Origin: an uncultured Acidobacteriota bacterium
Lineage (GTDB): Bacteria; Acidobacteriota; Thermoanaerobaculia; UBA5066
Reading direction: 5' to 3'
Assembly (NCBI GenBank): GCA_963779415.1
Contig: CAVZYA010000002.1
Coordinates: 1,248,001 to 1,312,000 of the forward strand
Length of the DNA stretch: 64,000 nt
The notes beneath the pieces are model-generated. The model saw only the letters and a program-made list of their open reading frames with translations, was not told the origin of the DNA and ran no database searches. Shown here piece after piece: positions 33,501 through 45,257 of the stretch. The translations under genes were made by a program, and so were the position numbers. The stretch's first letter is position 1. Every line of letters begins with the position of its first letter.

Positions 33501-36500
33501 GCGCCCGTGTCGTCCGGGCCGTTCGCGACGGCGAACGTCACGTCCGCGCCGGCCACGGGCCAGCCCCGTGGGTCGAACATGACGGCCGTGGGTTTGAGCG
33601 TCGTGTTGACGGGAACCGTGTTGCCGCCGCCCGCGAGGGAGAAGACACGCCCTCCGACGGGTGCGGGTGCGACGGACGAAAGGCTGAACGTGAGCTGGTA
33701 GTCGCCTCGCCCGCGCGTCGTCTCGGCAGCGAGGATGTAAATGCCGGTCTCCGGAAGGATGGCATCGGAGAGGGCGGCGTTGTAGTCGATGCCCGGGACG
33801 TTGTCGAACGCCTGCAGGTTCGAGTAGATGAAGCCGTCGGGCGCGATGACTTCGATCTGCGGATCGAGGCTGGCCGGGCTCTCCCACGGAACGGAGCCGT
33901 CCACTCGCTGCATGACCACGTTGAGGTGAGTCCCGGCGGTGGCGGCGAAGTAGAAGTAGTTGTAGTCCGCGATGGCGTTCATGGGGTTGTCGCCCGTGAA
34001 CGTTCCCGTGACGGTTTGCCCCGGATAGATTCTCGTGGCCAGCTTGTGTTGGTCGGGCGTCAAAGCCGCGTACGTCTTCTGCGCCTGGTCCACCACGATC
34101 CACTTGTTGTTCGTCGAGTTGACGCCTGCGGGGTCCTTGGCCACCAGGTGGTAGATACCCGGCTGGAGACCGGCTGGAACGGCGAAACCCAGAGAGGTGA
34201 AATCCGCGTTCACGGTTCCGGTCAGGTTCTGGACCGGGCAATCCAACCCGGCGGAACAGAGAGGATGGAGGATGTCGGCGAGCGTGTAGACGGGGCCGCT
34301 GAAGGTGACCGTCGAGCCGGGCTCGAAGTTCGAACCCCAGAGCGCCGGTGTCGTGTCGCCAGGCACGACCCACCCCGGCGCCACGCCGGCGAGCGTGACC
34401 GGTGGTGTCGCGGCAACCGTCAGCGTCGCGGTCTTCGTCAGCCCGACGAATGTCGCGGAAATGGTCGTGGCGCCAGGACTCGAAGTGCTCGTGACGCCTA
34501 TGGGGAAATGGAAGACCGTACCCACCCGGACCGTCGTGATTGTGCCGCAAGGAATCGTTGGGCACGCCGTGACTGACGCTGCTGTCAGCCCGATGTCGGG
34601 GTTGCCTGAGGCAAGTGCGACGGAGTATTCATAGCCGAAAGGCGGCCAGCCATCGAAGAGGATCGCCCCCAACGAGGTGCCGCCCCGGGCGATCAAAGTC
34701 GGACTGATCCAGAAACTGGCCGTTCCGGCCGCGATGGTGGTGTTTCCCGTCTTCGTGACGCCGTTCAAGGTCGCCGTGACGGTCGCGACATACGCGGACG
34801 GGCTCCAGTCAGAGCACATGTCGAAGGATTTCCAGGTCTGCCCCGCCGGGATGGCCAGAGTAATGTTTGGAACGCATTCCGTACCGGCCTGACCTATGAT
34901 GTTGAAACTCGCCCCGCCTGAGGCCGTCATCTCGACGGAGTACCCTTCAGCGGGTGCCGCCGAGTTCAGCGTGACCGTTCCGAAGAAGAAGTGTCCGGCC
35001 TTGACACCCGAATCGAGCGTGACGCTGGCGAGCCCGAGTGGATCGACCGAGAGGGGCGCCGTCACCTGCACGCCCATGTACGTGGCCGTGATGGTCGCAG
35101 GCGTCGACGTCGAGACGGGCGTCGTCGTGACCGTGAATGACGCCGAAGTGTACCCGGAGGCGATCGTCACGGACGCCGGCACGGCGGCGACGGCGGGGAG
35201 GGACGACGACAGAGTCACGACCCCGCCTCCCGTCGGCGCCGGGCCGTTCAGCGAGGCAGTGCCTGCGACGCTGTTCCCGCCGGCGACCGCGGAAGGGGTG
35301 ATCGTGACTTGGACGAGCGTGGCCGGCGTGACGGTGAGCGGGGCCGAAAGCGTGACGCCGTTAAATGTGGCGGAGAGCGTTACAAGAGTCGGACCGGAGA
35401 CCCCCCGGGCGTAGAAGCTCACCGACGCCGTGGACGCTCCTGCCGCGACAAGCACACCGCTGGGAGGCTGGGCGACTGACGAATCCGAGCTGCTCAAACT
35501 GATGTTGGCGCCGCCGGCCGGGGCGGGCTGGTTCAAGGTGACCGTGGCGGTCACGGAGACACCGGAGGCGACGGACGGCGCGCTCAGATTAAACCCCGTC
35601 AAGCCGATTGGGGTCGGCGTAAGGGTGAGAAGGGCGGTCCTCGTCTCGTTCCTGTACCCGCCGGTCGCGGAGATCGTCGCGGAGCCCGTCGTGAGCGCCC
35701 CGTTCGTGGCGATCGGGAACGTCCCGGTGCTGGCCGCCGCGGGAATTGTCACGTTCGGCGGGAGGGTGGCGACGTTCGTGTCCGAGCTTGCGAGCGTGAT
35801 GACAAGGCCGGCGGCCGGTGCCTTTCCGGAGAGCCAGACGGTGCCGGTCGAGGGGGCGCCGGCGACGAGGCTGAAAGGGCTGAGGGTCATGGATGCGAGG
35901 ATGGCGGGATCAACCGTGAAGGTTCCGCTCTTGATGACGCCCCCGTACGTGCCTGAGATGGTGATGGCGACGGAAAGTCCCACCCCGACCGTAGGAATCG
36001 TAAACGAGGCCGAAGTTGAGTTGGCGGGTACAGTGACGCTGGCAGGCACGGAAGCCACCGTGGGGTCGGAGCTCGTGAGAGCAACGGTAAGGCCGCCGGC
36101 GGGCGCGGCCGTGGCCATCGTGACCGTGCCTGTGGCATTGAGTCCACCAGAAATGACCGCCGGAGTGACGGAGACACTGGTGAGGGTCGAAGGAAGCGGC
36201 GTCACGACGAGGGTGGCCCAGAGGCCCGACACGCTGTACCACGCCCCTATGGAGACGCTGGTCGTCGAAACGACAGGGTACGTCGTGACCGGAAAGCTGG
36301 CGCTGGTTGCCCCCGCGGGGATCGTGACGCCGGCCGGCACCGTGGCAACCGAGGTCCGGGAGCTACCGAGAGTAAGGTTGAGTCCACCGAATGGCGCATT
36401 GCCGTTTAACGTGACGGTGCCCGTACAGGCGTCGCCGGCCTGAACAGAAGATGGACTAAACGTGAGAGACGTCACCCGGGGCGCGAGGACGGTGAGGGTC

Positions 36501-39500
36501 GCCGTCAGGGGCGTCCCTCCGTCGCTCGAGATGATCGTCACGTTTGCATCGGTGGCGATAGCGGCCGTCGTGATCGGGAACGTGGCCGTGTTACTCCCGG
36601 CCGGCACCGTGACCGTCGCTGGAACGGACGCAAGAGAGCCATTGGAGGAGGTCAGCGAGACGGCATAGCCCGTGGCCGGAGCGATGCCCGAGAGCGTCAC
36701 GGTGCCGGTCGCGGGAGTGCCTCCAGTAACGCTCGTAGGCGAGAGGGAGATCCCTGTCAGGGACGGCTTCAGAACGGTCGCCGTCGTTACCGCGCTGGTG
36801 CCAGACGCCGTGGCCGTGACTGAGACGACCGTCGATGAGGCCACTGCCGTCGTCGAGCAGCTGAAGGTCGCCGACGTCCCGCCTGCCGGAACGAAGACCG
36901 TCGCCGGAACTGAAAGCGTGGCCGGATCCGAACTGCCCAGTGCAACAGTTACGCCTCCAGACGGGGCGAATCCCGTGAGATAGACCGTGCCGGTGAATGC
37001 GGTTCCGCCGATCTCGTTGAATAGCGTCAGAGAGCTCGGAGCCGACACCGCATTAACGACGAGAGGTGTCGAAAGGAGCTCGCGGCCGCCATAGGTTCCC
37101 GCAAGGACGACGGTCGCGGGCGCCGCGATCGAGGCGAGCGAACCGGTGACATATGCCCGCACGCTGCCGCTGGGAACGCTCACGCTCGCGGGCACGGAAA
37201 CGATGGACGGGTTGGAGCTGTAAAAGCTTGCAGAGCTTGCAACCGTCGTGGTGCCCGTCAGCGCCAGCGTGCCTTGGACCGTGCTGCTTGACTGGTACGC
37301 CGTCATGTCCTGCGAGGCGAGAAGGCTCGACACCGTGATCGCCCGCGAGCGCGAGACCCCCTGGTAGCTGGCAGTGACGATGACCGGCGTGACGGACCCT
37401 GTTCCCAGGACCGGGTAGACGTAGTTCGAGGAACAGCATGAATTGACCGTCACCGAAGCGGGAACCGGAACGGCAGTCGGATTCGAGCTCGAAAGGCTGA
37501 CCGCGGCTCCGCCGGCCGGCGCATTTGCGTTCAAGGTGACGCCGATGTCGGCCGTTGAGCCCGTCTTCCCATAAGGCACGAGACTCATCGTTGCAAGCGC
37601 TGGTGCCGGGGTGACCGTGAGTAGCGTCGACGCCCCGCCACTCGGAGCAGAGGCTGTGATCGTGGAGACAGTCGTCGTGGCAGCAGCCGCGACGGTCACC
37701 GGGAACGAAACGGCGAGAGCCCCTGCAGGCACGAGTACGGTCACCGGCATCGTGACCGTCGGGGCGCGGGAGCTCGTGAGATTGACGAGGAGGCCACCCG
37801 TCGGCGCCGGTCCGCTCAGAGAAAGAGTGCCGGTGAGATTGGCCGGGCCGACAGCGCTTCCTTTTTTCAGCGACACCGACACGACCGCCGGGTCCGGCGT
37901 GAGCATTATGTAGGCCTGGTTCGTTTCGCCGCCGCTCGTTGCGGACACAGTCACCCAGGTTGGCGTTGAAACCGCGGTGTACGTCACTGGAAAGGTGAGC
38001 ACGCGCTTGTTAGTTGCGACCGTGACCGACGCGGGCACGGGGAGGCTGACGCTGTTGCTCGAAAGCGTGAAGAGCTTCCCACCGGCAGGAGCCGAAGCAA
38101 CCAGCATAATCATCGCCGTAGATGTGCCGCTGCCGGACGCGACGGCCGGAAGCAGATCGAACGTGAAAGTCTGGATTGCGCCGAGGGCGATCGTACCGGC
38201 ATCGGTCGTCTGGCCATCGATTGCGGTCAGTACTGCGGTTGTGGCGGGCTGGAATCCGGCGTACGCGACTGTAAGCGTGTAGCTCCCCGGCGCCACGGGA
38301 AGAGCGAAGGATCCGGAGGCATCCGTACTGGCTATGGCCGCAATGCCGGTAGCGGAGACGCGTGCAGAAGGCAGGGCGACCCCTGTAGCAGAGACCGTGA
38401 CGAGTCCTGATATCCACGAGACGCCACCCCCCTGCGTGGGCGTAGGTGTCGGAGTTGGCGTCGCCGTCTGAGTGGGCGTCGCAGTCGGCGTGGGCGTAGC
38501 GGTCGGCGTCTGAGTCGGGGTGACGGTCGGGGTCGCCGTGGCGGTCGCTGTTGCCGTTGGCGTCCGGGTTGGCGTCGGCGTGATCGTCGGCGTGGGGGTT
38601 GGTGTTGGTGTTGGCGTGATTGTCGGAGTCCACGTGGGCGTCAGCGTGGGCGTTCGAGTCGGGGTCGGCGTGACGGTGGGTGTCCGCGTCGGCGTCGGGG
38701 TGAATGTCGGGACCTGAGTCGGTGTTGGCGTAATTGTCGGGGTCCGGGTTGGTGTCGGCGTGGTCGTCGGTGTAAATGTCGGTGTTGGCGTGACGGTAGG
38801 CGTCAGCGTGGGCGTTCGAGTCGGCGTGGGCGTGACGGTGGGCGTCGGAGTTGGCGTGAATGTGGGAGTCACCGCGGCCGTTGGAGTCGGCGTCGGGGTA
38901 GCCGTCGGGACCTGAGTCGGTGTCGGCGTGATTGTCGGGGTCCGGGTCGGCGTCGGCGTGATCGTCGGCGTGAAAGTGGGGGTCAACGTTCTGGTCGGCG
39001 TCCGGGTCGGCGTCCATGTCGGGGTGCGAGTCGGAGTCCGGGTTGGAGTCGGAGTTCGGGTCGGCGTGGGGGTCGGGGTGGGCGTCGGGGTCGGTGGAAC
39101 GGGCCTGACCGTGAGGGTGGCGGTCTTCGTGACGCCCGCGTAGACGGCGGAGATCACCGAAGTGGCGTTTGCTGCCACGGTAAGCGTCGTAACGGTGAAA
39201 GTCCCGGTCCTCGTGCCGGCGGGAAGGGTGAGCGCGGCAGGGACGGTAGCCGCGGCCGTGTTCGAGTTGGCGAGCGTGATGGTCGCGCCGGCCGGCGGAG
39301 CGGATCCCGTGAGCGTGATGGTCCCCGTCGACGGGGTGCCTCCGATGACGCTCGTCGGGCTTAGGACGACGGACGACAGCGCTGCCGCGCCGACGGTCAG
39401 AGTGGCCGTCTTCGTGACGCCGCCGCTGATGGCGGTGATCGTCACCGGGGTCGAGGACGCGACGCCCGTCGTCGTGATCGTCGCGGTGGCCGAAGTGGAG

Positions 39501-41182
39501 CCGGCCGGCATGACGGCGCTGGCCGGGATCGAAGCGACCGCCGTGTTGGAGCTGGAGAGCGCGACGGTCGCCCCGCCCGCGGGCGCGGGACCGTTCAAGG
39601 TCATCGTGGCCGTCGAGCTGTTCCCGCCCACGGGATTCGTCGGGCTCAGAGCGAGAGTGATGAAGGTCGGGACCGCCGTCACGGTGAGCACGGCGGTCTT
39701 CGTCACCCCGAGGTAGGCCGACGAGATGGTGGCGCTGGTGTTTGCCGCAACAGCAACGGTCGTGACGGTGAAGGTCGCGGTCTTCGTCCCGGCGGCGACG
39801 GTGACGGTGGCCGGAACGGTGGCTACCGACGTGTTCGACGAGGCGAGCGAGACGACGATCCCGCTGCCGGTCGCGTTGCCCGTGAGCGTGATCGTGCCCG
39901 TGGATGTCACGCCACCGAAGACGCTGGCGGGGTTGAGGGCGACGGAAGAGAGCGCGGCGGGCAGGATCGTGATCGGCGCCATGGGGCTCGTCCCCGCATA
40001 CGTCGCCGAGATCCCGACGGTGGACGGCGCCGTGACGCCGAAGGTCGTGATCGTGAAAGTCTTCGAGGTGGTTCCCGCGGCCACGGTAACGCTCGCCGGG
40101 ACGGTGGCGAGACCCGTGTCCGAGGAGGCGAGGCTGACCGCGACGCCGCCGGTCGGCGCGGAGCCGTTGAGCGTGACGGTGCCGGTGAGTGCGGTTCCGC
40201 CTCCGACGCTCGCGGCGGCCGTAACGCTTGCGAGGACGACGGAGTTTGTTACCGCGAGGGGCTTCGTGGCAGTCCGCCCGCCGGCCGAGGCCGTGATGTC
40301 GGAGGATGCCGGGGCCGCGACTGCCGTCGTCGAGATCGTGAAAGTCGCCGTCTTCGTCGCCGCGGCGACCGTGACGCTGGCCGGGACCGTCGCAACGGCC
40401 GTATTGGAGCTGGTGAGCGTGACGACCGTGCCGCCCGTCGGCGCGTTGCCGTCGAGCGACACGGCGCCCGTGGTCGAGGCGCCGCCCACGACGCTCGCCG
40501 CGCTGAGCGTGACGGATGCGACGGCTGCCGACGGCGTCACCTCCAGCGGCGCCTGCCGGACGGTTCCGGCGAGGGTGGCCGAGATGGTGGCCGTGGCGGT
40601 TGTCGCCACGGTCTTTGCCGTTACCGTGAAGGCTCCCGAAGAGGCCCCCGCGGCGACGGTCACGCTTGCGGGCACCGTGGCCACCGCCGTGTTGGAAGAG
40701 GAGAGGCTCACGACGAGGCCGCCTGCGGGGGCGACGGCATTGAGCGAGACGGTGCCCGTGACGGTGGTTGCCGCGAGCGCCGCCGGCGCCGAAAGGGTCA
40801 GTCCGCTCAGGGCTGGCGAAGGGGTGACATCGAGGGCGGCCGTCCGGGTGTCGGCTCCGAGGGTCGCCGAAAGAGTGACTGTCTGGATGCTGGAAACCGG
40901 CAGGGTCGAGACGGTGAAGCCGGCCGCGGAGGCGCCCTGGGGAACCGCCACCGTGGCGGGAAGCGTTGCCACCGCCATGTTGGAGCTGCCGAGCGTGACG
41001 AGTGTGCCGCCCGCCGGCGCAGGACCGTTGAGCGTCACGGAACCGAGCAGTTCGGATCCGCCCGTGACGTTCGAGGGATTGACGGCGAGGGACGAAAGCG
41101 TCTGACTTGCAGCAGGGAAGGCGGCGAGCAGACAGACGAGCAACGCCAGCGGAGAACCCCGTCTTCCCGTGCTCATGCCCAT
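27535..41182 (-). CDS. Giant secreted Ig-repeat/Rhs (YD-repeat) protein with C-terminal toxin; broken by several frameshifts
   Basis: GAGGAG RBS and signal peptide; ~20 ~90-aa Ig-like repeats; PT linker; DUF6531-like GSPV..G..TDL..GPGWRS; YD repeats; core YTGRE..YRA|[15 protein letters not shown]|NFYAY|DPLG. Spans ORFs 30293..41272, 28858..30783, 28114..28848, 27936..28349 and 27535..27948. Confidence 0.85.
38435..39098 (-). repeat. Pro/Thr-rich coding low-complexity linker, (PT/TP)n
   Basis: About 220 codons of TPTPTRTPT-type repeats inside the Rhs gene. Confidence 0.9.
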
Positions 41183-41383
41183 GACTCTCCTCGGAAAGGT
41201 CGCTTGACTCATAAAGTGCGGCTCCGGGACCGCCTTGACCAGATGCACCTGAATCAGGACCAGGGGGGTCAAGACGAGCGGCTCGCCGGCACTCTCTCTA
41301 TTGTGGAGTGGGCTTCTCCGAGGGTTCCCGGGATGAAGGGCGACGCGATGGCCTGCTTGAATGACGGCTGCGTGGAACTCAAA

Positions 41384-41911
41384 ATGCCACGGCTCGTCAT
41401 GACGAACGACAACGGGACGGTGAGGACGGGTCCGGAAACCGCCGAGGCGCTATTTCTCGACCGCGCGCAGGTGGAGCGGTTGATCGGTCTGGCGTTCCGG
41501 CGGTTCGGGATCTCGCGGGCGGACGCCGAGGAGGTGCTGGCCGAGACGCTCCTCGAGCTGTCGGCGAGCGATGCCCTCGTCAAGAGCCCGAAGGGCTTTG
41601 CGTTCCGCGTTTTCTACGTCCGTTGCTGCAGATGGCTCGAGCGCGAAGGGCGCTCGCGTGTCGAGACGGCGGGGCTGGATCCTTCCGCGGGACGGCCCGT
41701 GGCATACGCCGGCCCGGGACCGGAGTGGACGCTGGCGCTGAGACAGGGTTTCGCGCGGCTGTCACCTGTCTGCCGGCGGCTCCTGACGGGCTACTACGTC
41801 GAAGGCTTGTCGCTGAAGGAGACCGCGGAGACGACGGGACACTCGTCGAAACAGGTCTGGAAGCGGCTGGATGACTGCCTGAGGAGGCTGAAGAGATGCC
41901 TCGAAGCGTGA
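41384..41911 (+). CDS. ECF-type RNA polymerase sigma factor (copy 1)
   Basis: [11 protein letters not shown] (region 2); [40 protein letters not shown] (region 4); start uncertain. Confidence 0.85.
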   Translation: MPRLVMTNDNGTVRTGPETAEALFLDRAQVERLIGLAFRRFGISRADAEEVLAETLLELSASDALVKSPKGFAFRVFYVRCCRWLEREGRSRVETAGLDPSAGRPVAYAGPGPEWTLALRQGFARLSPVCRRLLTGYYVEGLSLKETAETTGHSSKQVWKRLDDCLRRLKRCLEA

Positions 41912-44193
41912 GCGACGCCCACCTCGGAGAATCGGTGCTCCTGCGACTGGCCGTAGGCGATTTGGACCAGGCCGAGCGGCAAGGCGCCGAGCGGCACCTC
42001 TTGGCCTGCGACACGTGCCGCGAGGCATTCCGGGCTTCCGAACGTCTCGACGGCGCACTTCGTTCCGCCGGCCCGGCACTGTTCGACGGCGGCAGCGAGA
42101 CGATGACGCTTCCCGCGGCGGACCCGTTCGCGCGGCGGCCGGAGGCGCGCCGCTTCTCCATGACGGCGAAGTCGGAAACTGTATCGCTGGCCGAGGAGGC
42201 CGTGCATGCGGTCCCCGAAGCGCGGGAGATGGCTACGCGGCTGGGCGCCGCTTTCGAGGATGACGGTGCCCGCGAAGCGGCCCTTGCGGCGCTCGACCTC
42301 GACGCCATTCGCGATCGTCTCGCCCTCGCCTACGCACTCGATGGCAGGTTCGAGCGCGTCGAGCAGGACGCGACACTCTCGGGGCGCCTGGCGGCTGCAG
42401 CCCTCGACCGGATCTCGAAAGAAGCGCCGAGGTCTGCCGGAGGAGTCGCTGAGCGAACGGTGCCGCTCGCGGATCTGAGGGGGAAGGCGCTCCTTCTCTC
42501 CGGAGCCGCGAATCTCTTCGGTGGCGGCTTTGCCGAGGTGGAAGTGCGGCTTCAAACGGCGTGGCGGGCGTTCGGAAAAGGACAGGCGAGCGAGCCGCTC
42601 CTCGCGCGAACGGAGACTCTCGAAGCGCTCCGGCGGGTCGTCGAAGGGCGATGGAAAGAAGCCGAAGCCCTGGCGGCCCGGGCCGGCGAGACCTTCGCGT
42701 TCACCGGCGCCGAGGCGGATGCGGCACGGGCCACTCTCGCATCGGGCCTCGCCGCGTGGGGAGAGGGCCGAAACCGCGCGGCGCTGACGTTGCTGCGGAA
42801 AGCCGCCCTCGGCTTTCAAAGGGCGGAAGCGTGGGGCGGCTTCTCGATAGCGGCTTGTGCAGCCGCGCTCTGCCTCGCCGCGGACGGACAGGTTGCGGAA
42901 TCGCGCCGCGCCTTCTGCGACCTGCGCCGCCGGAAGGCCCGCCGCGCCCCGCTCGCCGAGCGTCTGTTCGTCCGGGAGACGGAGCGGATCGCGCTGCTCC
43001 TCGTCAGGGAGCCGGGGAAGAAGAAGGAAGCGACATTCCGCTTCTCGCCCAGCGACATCCTTCTTCTTCGCGCTGCCTCATTCCTCGCGGACGGCATCGT
43101 CAGTGCGGCGCGAGAAGGCGGAGAGAAGCTGGAGGTATCTCTTCGGGCCCTCGACGAACATCCCGCCCGCGCCTTCGCTTTTCTATACACCTGCCAGAAG
43201 GCAGCGCTGCTCGTCGTCCAGGATCCGCTTCGAGCTCTTGAGGTCTCGCGGCGCATCTTCTATGAGGCACAGTTCCTTGAAGAGATCGGCGCAGCCGGCC
43301 GCGAATTACGCGCGGCGCTCGGCCAAGTAACGCAAGCCGAGGGGAAACTCTTGGAATCAACGGCCCTGAATATGCTCGGCTATCCCCTAGAAGCCCGTGT
43401 CGCCGCAGCGAGGGCATGCGAGTTGTTCGGTCGCGGAGACGACGCCGGCTTCGGGAGGGCTCTGGCAAATTATTTCGAGGGCTCGGCCGCACTCTTTGCG
43501 AAAGAGTTCGCGGCGGGTGAGCGACTTCTAAAGAAGGCCATACGAGTCTTCTCCGCATACGACCAGACGAACCTCAGGGCGCGTGCTGAGGGAACTCTGG
43601 GAACGTTGTATCTTTACCGAGGAGACGGGCGACGGGCACTTCCTTTTCTTGAACGTGCCATCGACCTCTTTGACTCGATCGAGGACGAGCGTTTTCTTGC
43701 AGCAGTTCTGACAAACCGGGGGGCGGCGCTCTCTCGCCTAGGTCGGCTTGACGAGGCTCGTACTTGTTACACGCGGGCTCTGATGGTTTCGCGAAGAACG
43801 CAGTCCCAAGCCCAGATCGCGATCATTCGCTCCGGCCTCGCGCTGATCGATATCAATCGCGGCGAATATGCTCGAGCCCTTCAGGCATTTCGAGAGCTCT
43901 CCAGTGAAGAGCGAAGGGAAGGCCGGATGCAGCTCGCCTTCGTTTCCGATCTCTACACAGCCGAATGCCTCGGACGACTCGGACGCAACGATGAGATGGC
44001 TGAAGTCATTCGGAACGTTCGCGCGGAGCGGCGGGGACATTTCGTGGTCTCTCCACTCGCCCTGGCCGAGTTGTTCGCCTGTCTTGATCAGGGAGAACTC
44101 AATGCGAACTTCATTGCTCACGTTCGCTCTTATTTGGAGGACGAAGCCAACGGTATCCAACGCGAGTACCGGCGGTTCAAAGTCGCGGGCTGA
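41896..44193 (+). CDS. Zinc-finger (zf-HC2) anti-sigma + TPR protein (copy 1, duplicated TPR block)
   Basis: HLGE..ERHLLACDTCR; TPR helices; no TM segment; overlaps the sigma stop. Confidence 0.85.
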   Translation: MPRSVSDAHLGESVLLRLAVGDLDQAERQGAERHLLACDTCREAFRASERLDGALRSAGPALFDGGSETMTLPAADPFARRPEARRFSMTAKSETVSLAEEAVHAVPEAREMATRLGAAFEDDGAREAALAALDLDAIRDRLALAYALDGRFERVEQDATLSGRLAAAALDRISKEAPRSAGGVAERTVPLADLRGKALLLSGAANLFGGGFAEVEVRLQTAWRAFGKGQASEPLLARTETLEALRRVVEGRWKEAEALAARAGETFAFTGAEADAARATLASGLAAWGEGRNRAALTLLRKAALGFQRAEAWGGFSIAACAAALCLAADGQVAESRRAFCDLRRRKARRAPLAERLFVRETERIALLLVREPGKKKEATFRFSPSDILLLRAASFLADGIVSAAREGGEKLEVSLRALDEHPARAFAFLYTCQKAALLVVQDPLRALEVSRRIFYEAQFLEEIGAAGRELRAALGQVTQAEGKLLESTALNMLGYPLEARVAAARACELFGRGDDAGFGRALANYFEGSAALFAKEFAAGERLLKKAIRVFSAYDQTNLRARAEGTLGTLYLYRGDGRRALPFLERAIDLFDSIEDERFLAAVLTNRGAALSRLGRLDEARTCYTRALMVSRRTQSQAQIAIIRSGLALIDINRGEYARALQAFRELSSEERREGRMQLAFVSDLYTAECLGRLGRNDEMAEVIRNVRAERRGHFVVSPLALAELFACLDQGELNANFIAHVRSYLEDEANGIQREYRRFKVAG

Positions 44194-44217
44194 CGGGCAG
44201 TTGGCTCGAAGTGGAGA

Positions 44218-44322
44218 TCAGGCCACCGACTCGAGGTGCAGCCGGCCTTCGGCTTTTTCGATTCCGGGGTTGCAGCTCAAACGGACGGTGAAGGTCGCGC
44301 CTTCGGCCGGAATCTCGGACAT
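44218..44322 (-). CDS. 34-aa ORF paralogous to the C-terminus of 44386..44808
   Basis: AAGGAGG RBS; MSEIPAEGATFTVRLSCNPGIEKAEGRLHLESVA versus LSPEGETLTLQLRFAPGTEETEATLHIAPRA. Confidence 0.45.
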   Translation of the reverse strand: MSEIPAEGATFTVRLSCNPGIEKAEGRLHLESVA

Positions 44323-44385
44323 GGAGCCCTCCTTCGCCTTGGGAGTGCGATGGCGGGCCCTGAATTGACCTCCGCGCCGGGCGGG

Positions 44386-44808
44386 TCAGGCGCGCGGCGC
44401 GATGTGGAGGGTGGCCTCGGTCTCTTCGGTGCCGGGGGCGAATCGAAGCTGGAGGGTGAGGGTCTCGCCTTCCGGGGAGAGGCCCGGGAGGGCGATGCGG
44501 AGGGGGAGGAGGAACCCTCGTCCGGCATCGAGCCTCGTCGGGGGGGAAAGCATGATGAGCTGACGGGTCTGGCGGGACCGCTCGGCGCCGGAGGCGTCGA
44601 TGACGAGCGCTTCCAGGAGCGGGCCGTTCGCGATCGTGGCGTTCCACGGGACGTCGCTGCGGTTCCGGATCTCGAGGTGGAGGAGGGCACCTCCGCCGGT
44701 ACTCGCAACGTCTTCGACGTAAAGGGTCTCCGGGACACGGAGGCTGATCGAGAGCGGCAGATATGGCCGTGCCGCCGACGCGGCCCTGCGGTCCCACAGG
44801 GCGGTCAT
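44386..44808 (-). CDS. Small Ig-like beta protein, BsuPI-like pattern; 5' end uncertain
   Basis: LHLEIRNRSD..NG.LLEALVIDASGAERSR..RLDAG..F pattern; follows the repeat-peptide ORF on the same strand. Confidence 0.55.
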   Translation of the reverse strand: MTALWDRRAASAARPYLPLSISLRVPETLYVEDVASTGGGALLHLEIRNRSDVPWNATIANGPLLEALVIDASGAERSRQTRQLIMLSPPTRLDAGRGFLLPLRIALPGLSPEGETLTLQLRFAPGTEETEATLHIAPRA

Positions 44809-44929
44809 CGAGGCGTCTCCGCGTTCACGGATCTATGGCTCTCGGTCCGTTTCTTCGACATGAGTCTCAGTCGCACGGGCACAAATCCCCCCGCGCGCGA
44901 TTCTCTTCACGCTTCAGCTCTGTTACGCC

Positions 44930-45085
44930 TCAGCCGACCGGAACGAGGCCGCTTCCCGTCGAGCCGACCGGAACGAGGCCGCTTCCCGTCGAGCCGACCG
45001 GAACGAGGCCGCTTCCCGTCGAGTAGTTGAAAAAGCCGCCGAAGTTCCAGAACAGGTTCAGAAATGCGCCGAAGAAACCGATCAT
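44930..45085 (-). CDS. 51-aa repeat-core precursor peptide (absent from the ORF track)
   Basis: AGAGGAGG RBS then MIGFFGAFLNLFWNFGGFFNY-(STGSGLVPVG)x3-stop; the stop falls exactly after the last repeat. Confidence 0.8.
   Translation of the reverse strand: MIGFFGAFLNLFWNFGGFFNYSTGSGLVPVGSTGSGLVPVGSTGSGLVPVG
44933..45022. repeat. Perfect 30-bp tandem repeat x3
   Basis: GCCGACCGGAACGAGGCCGCTTCCCGTCGA at 44933, 44963 and 44993, with no spacers. Confidence 0.97.
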
Positions 45086-45257
45086 AGATCCTCCTCTTGA
45101 AGGTCTTTCACGGCCCTTCGTCCGGAACGAAGGGACTGATGTGGCCTTCTAATGACTCAGACGGCGGCCATCGCAAGTTTGACCCCCTCTATGCGGGGGA
45201 GATGTCGAAAACCTGAAGGCTGCCTTAGAAGGCGGCCAAAAAAAGCTGAAAAAAAAG

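Noticed and set aside
44933-45022. 30-bp repeat as a CRISPR array
   Set aside because: The units are contiguous with no spacers, no cas genes are present, and the repeat is an in-frame coding repeat
41200-45190. Shared TGAGTCA and GGGGGTCAA words upstream of the Rhs, ECF and peptide genes as the ECF promoter
   Set aside because: Too short, with inconsistent orientation and spacing; TTGAC on the opposite strand could simply be a sigma70 -35 box
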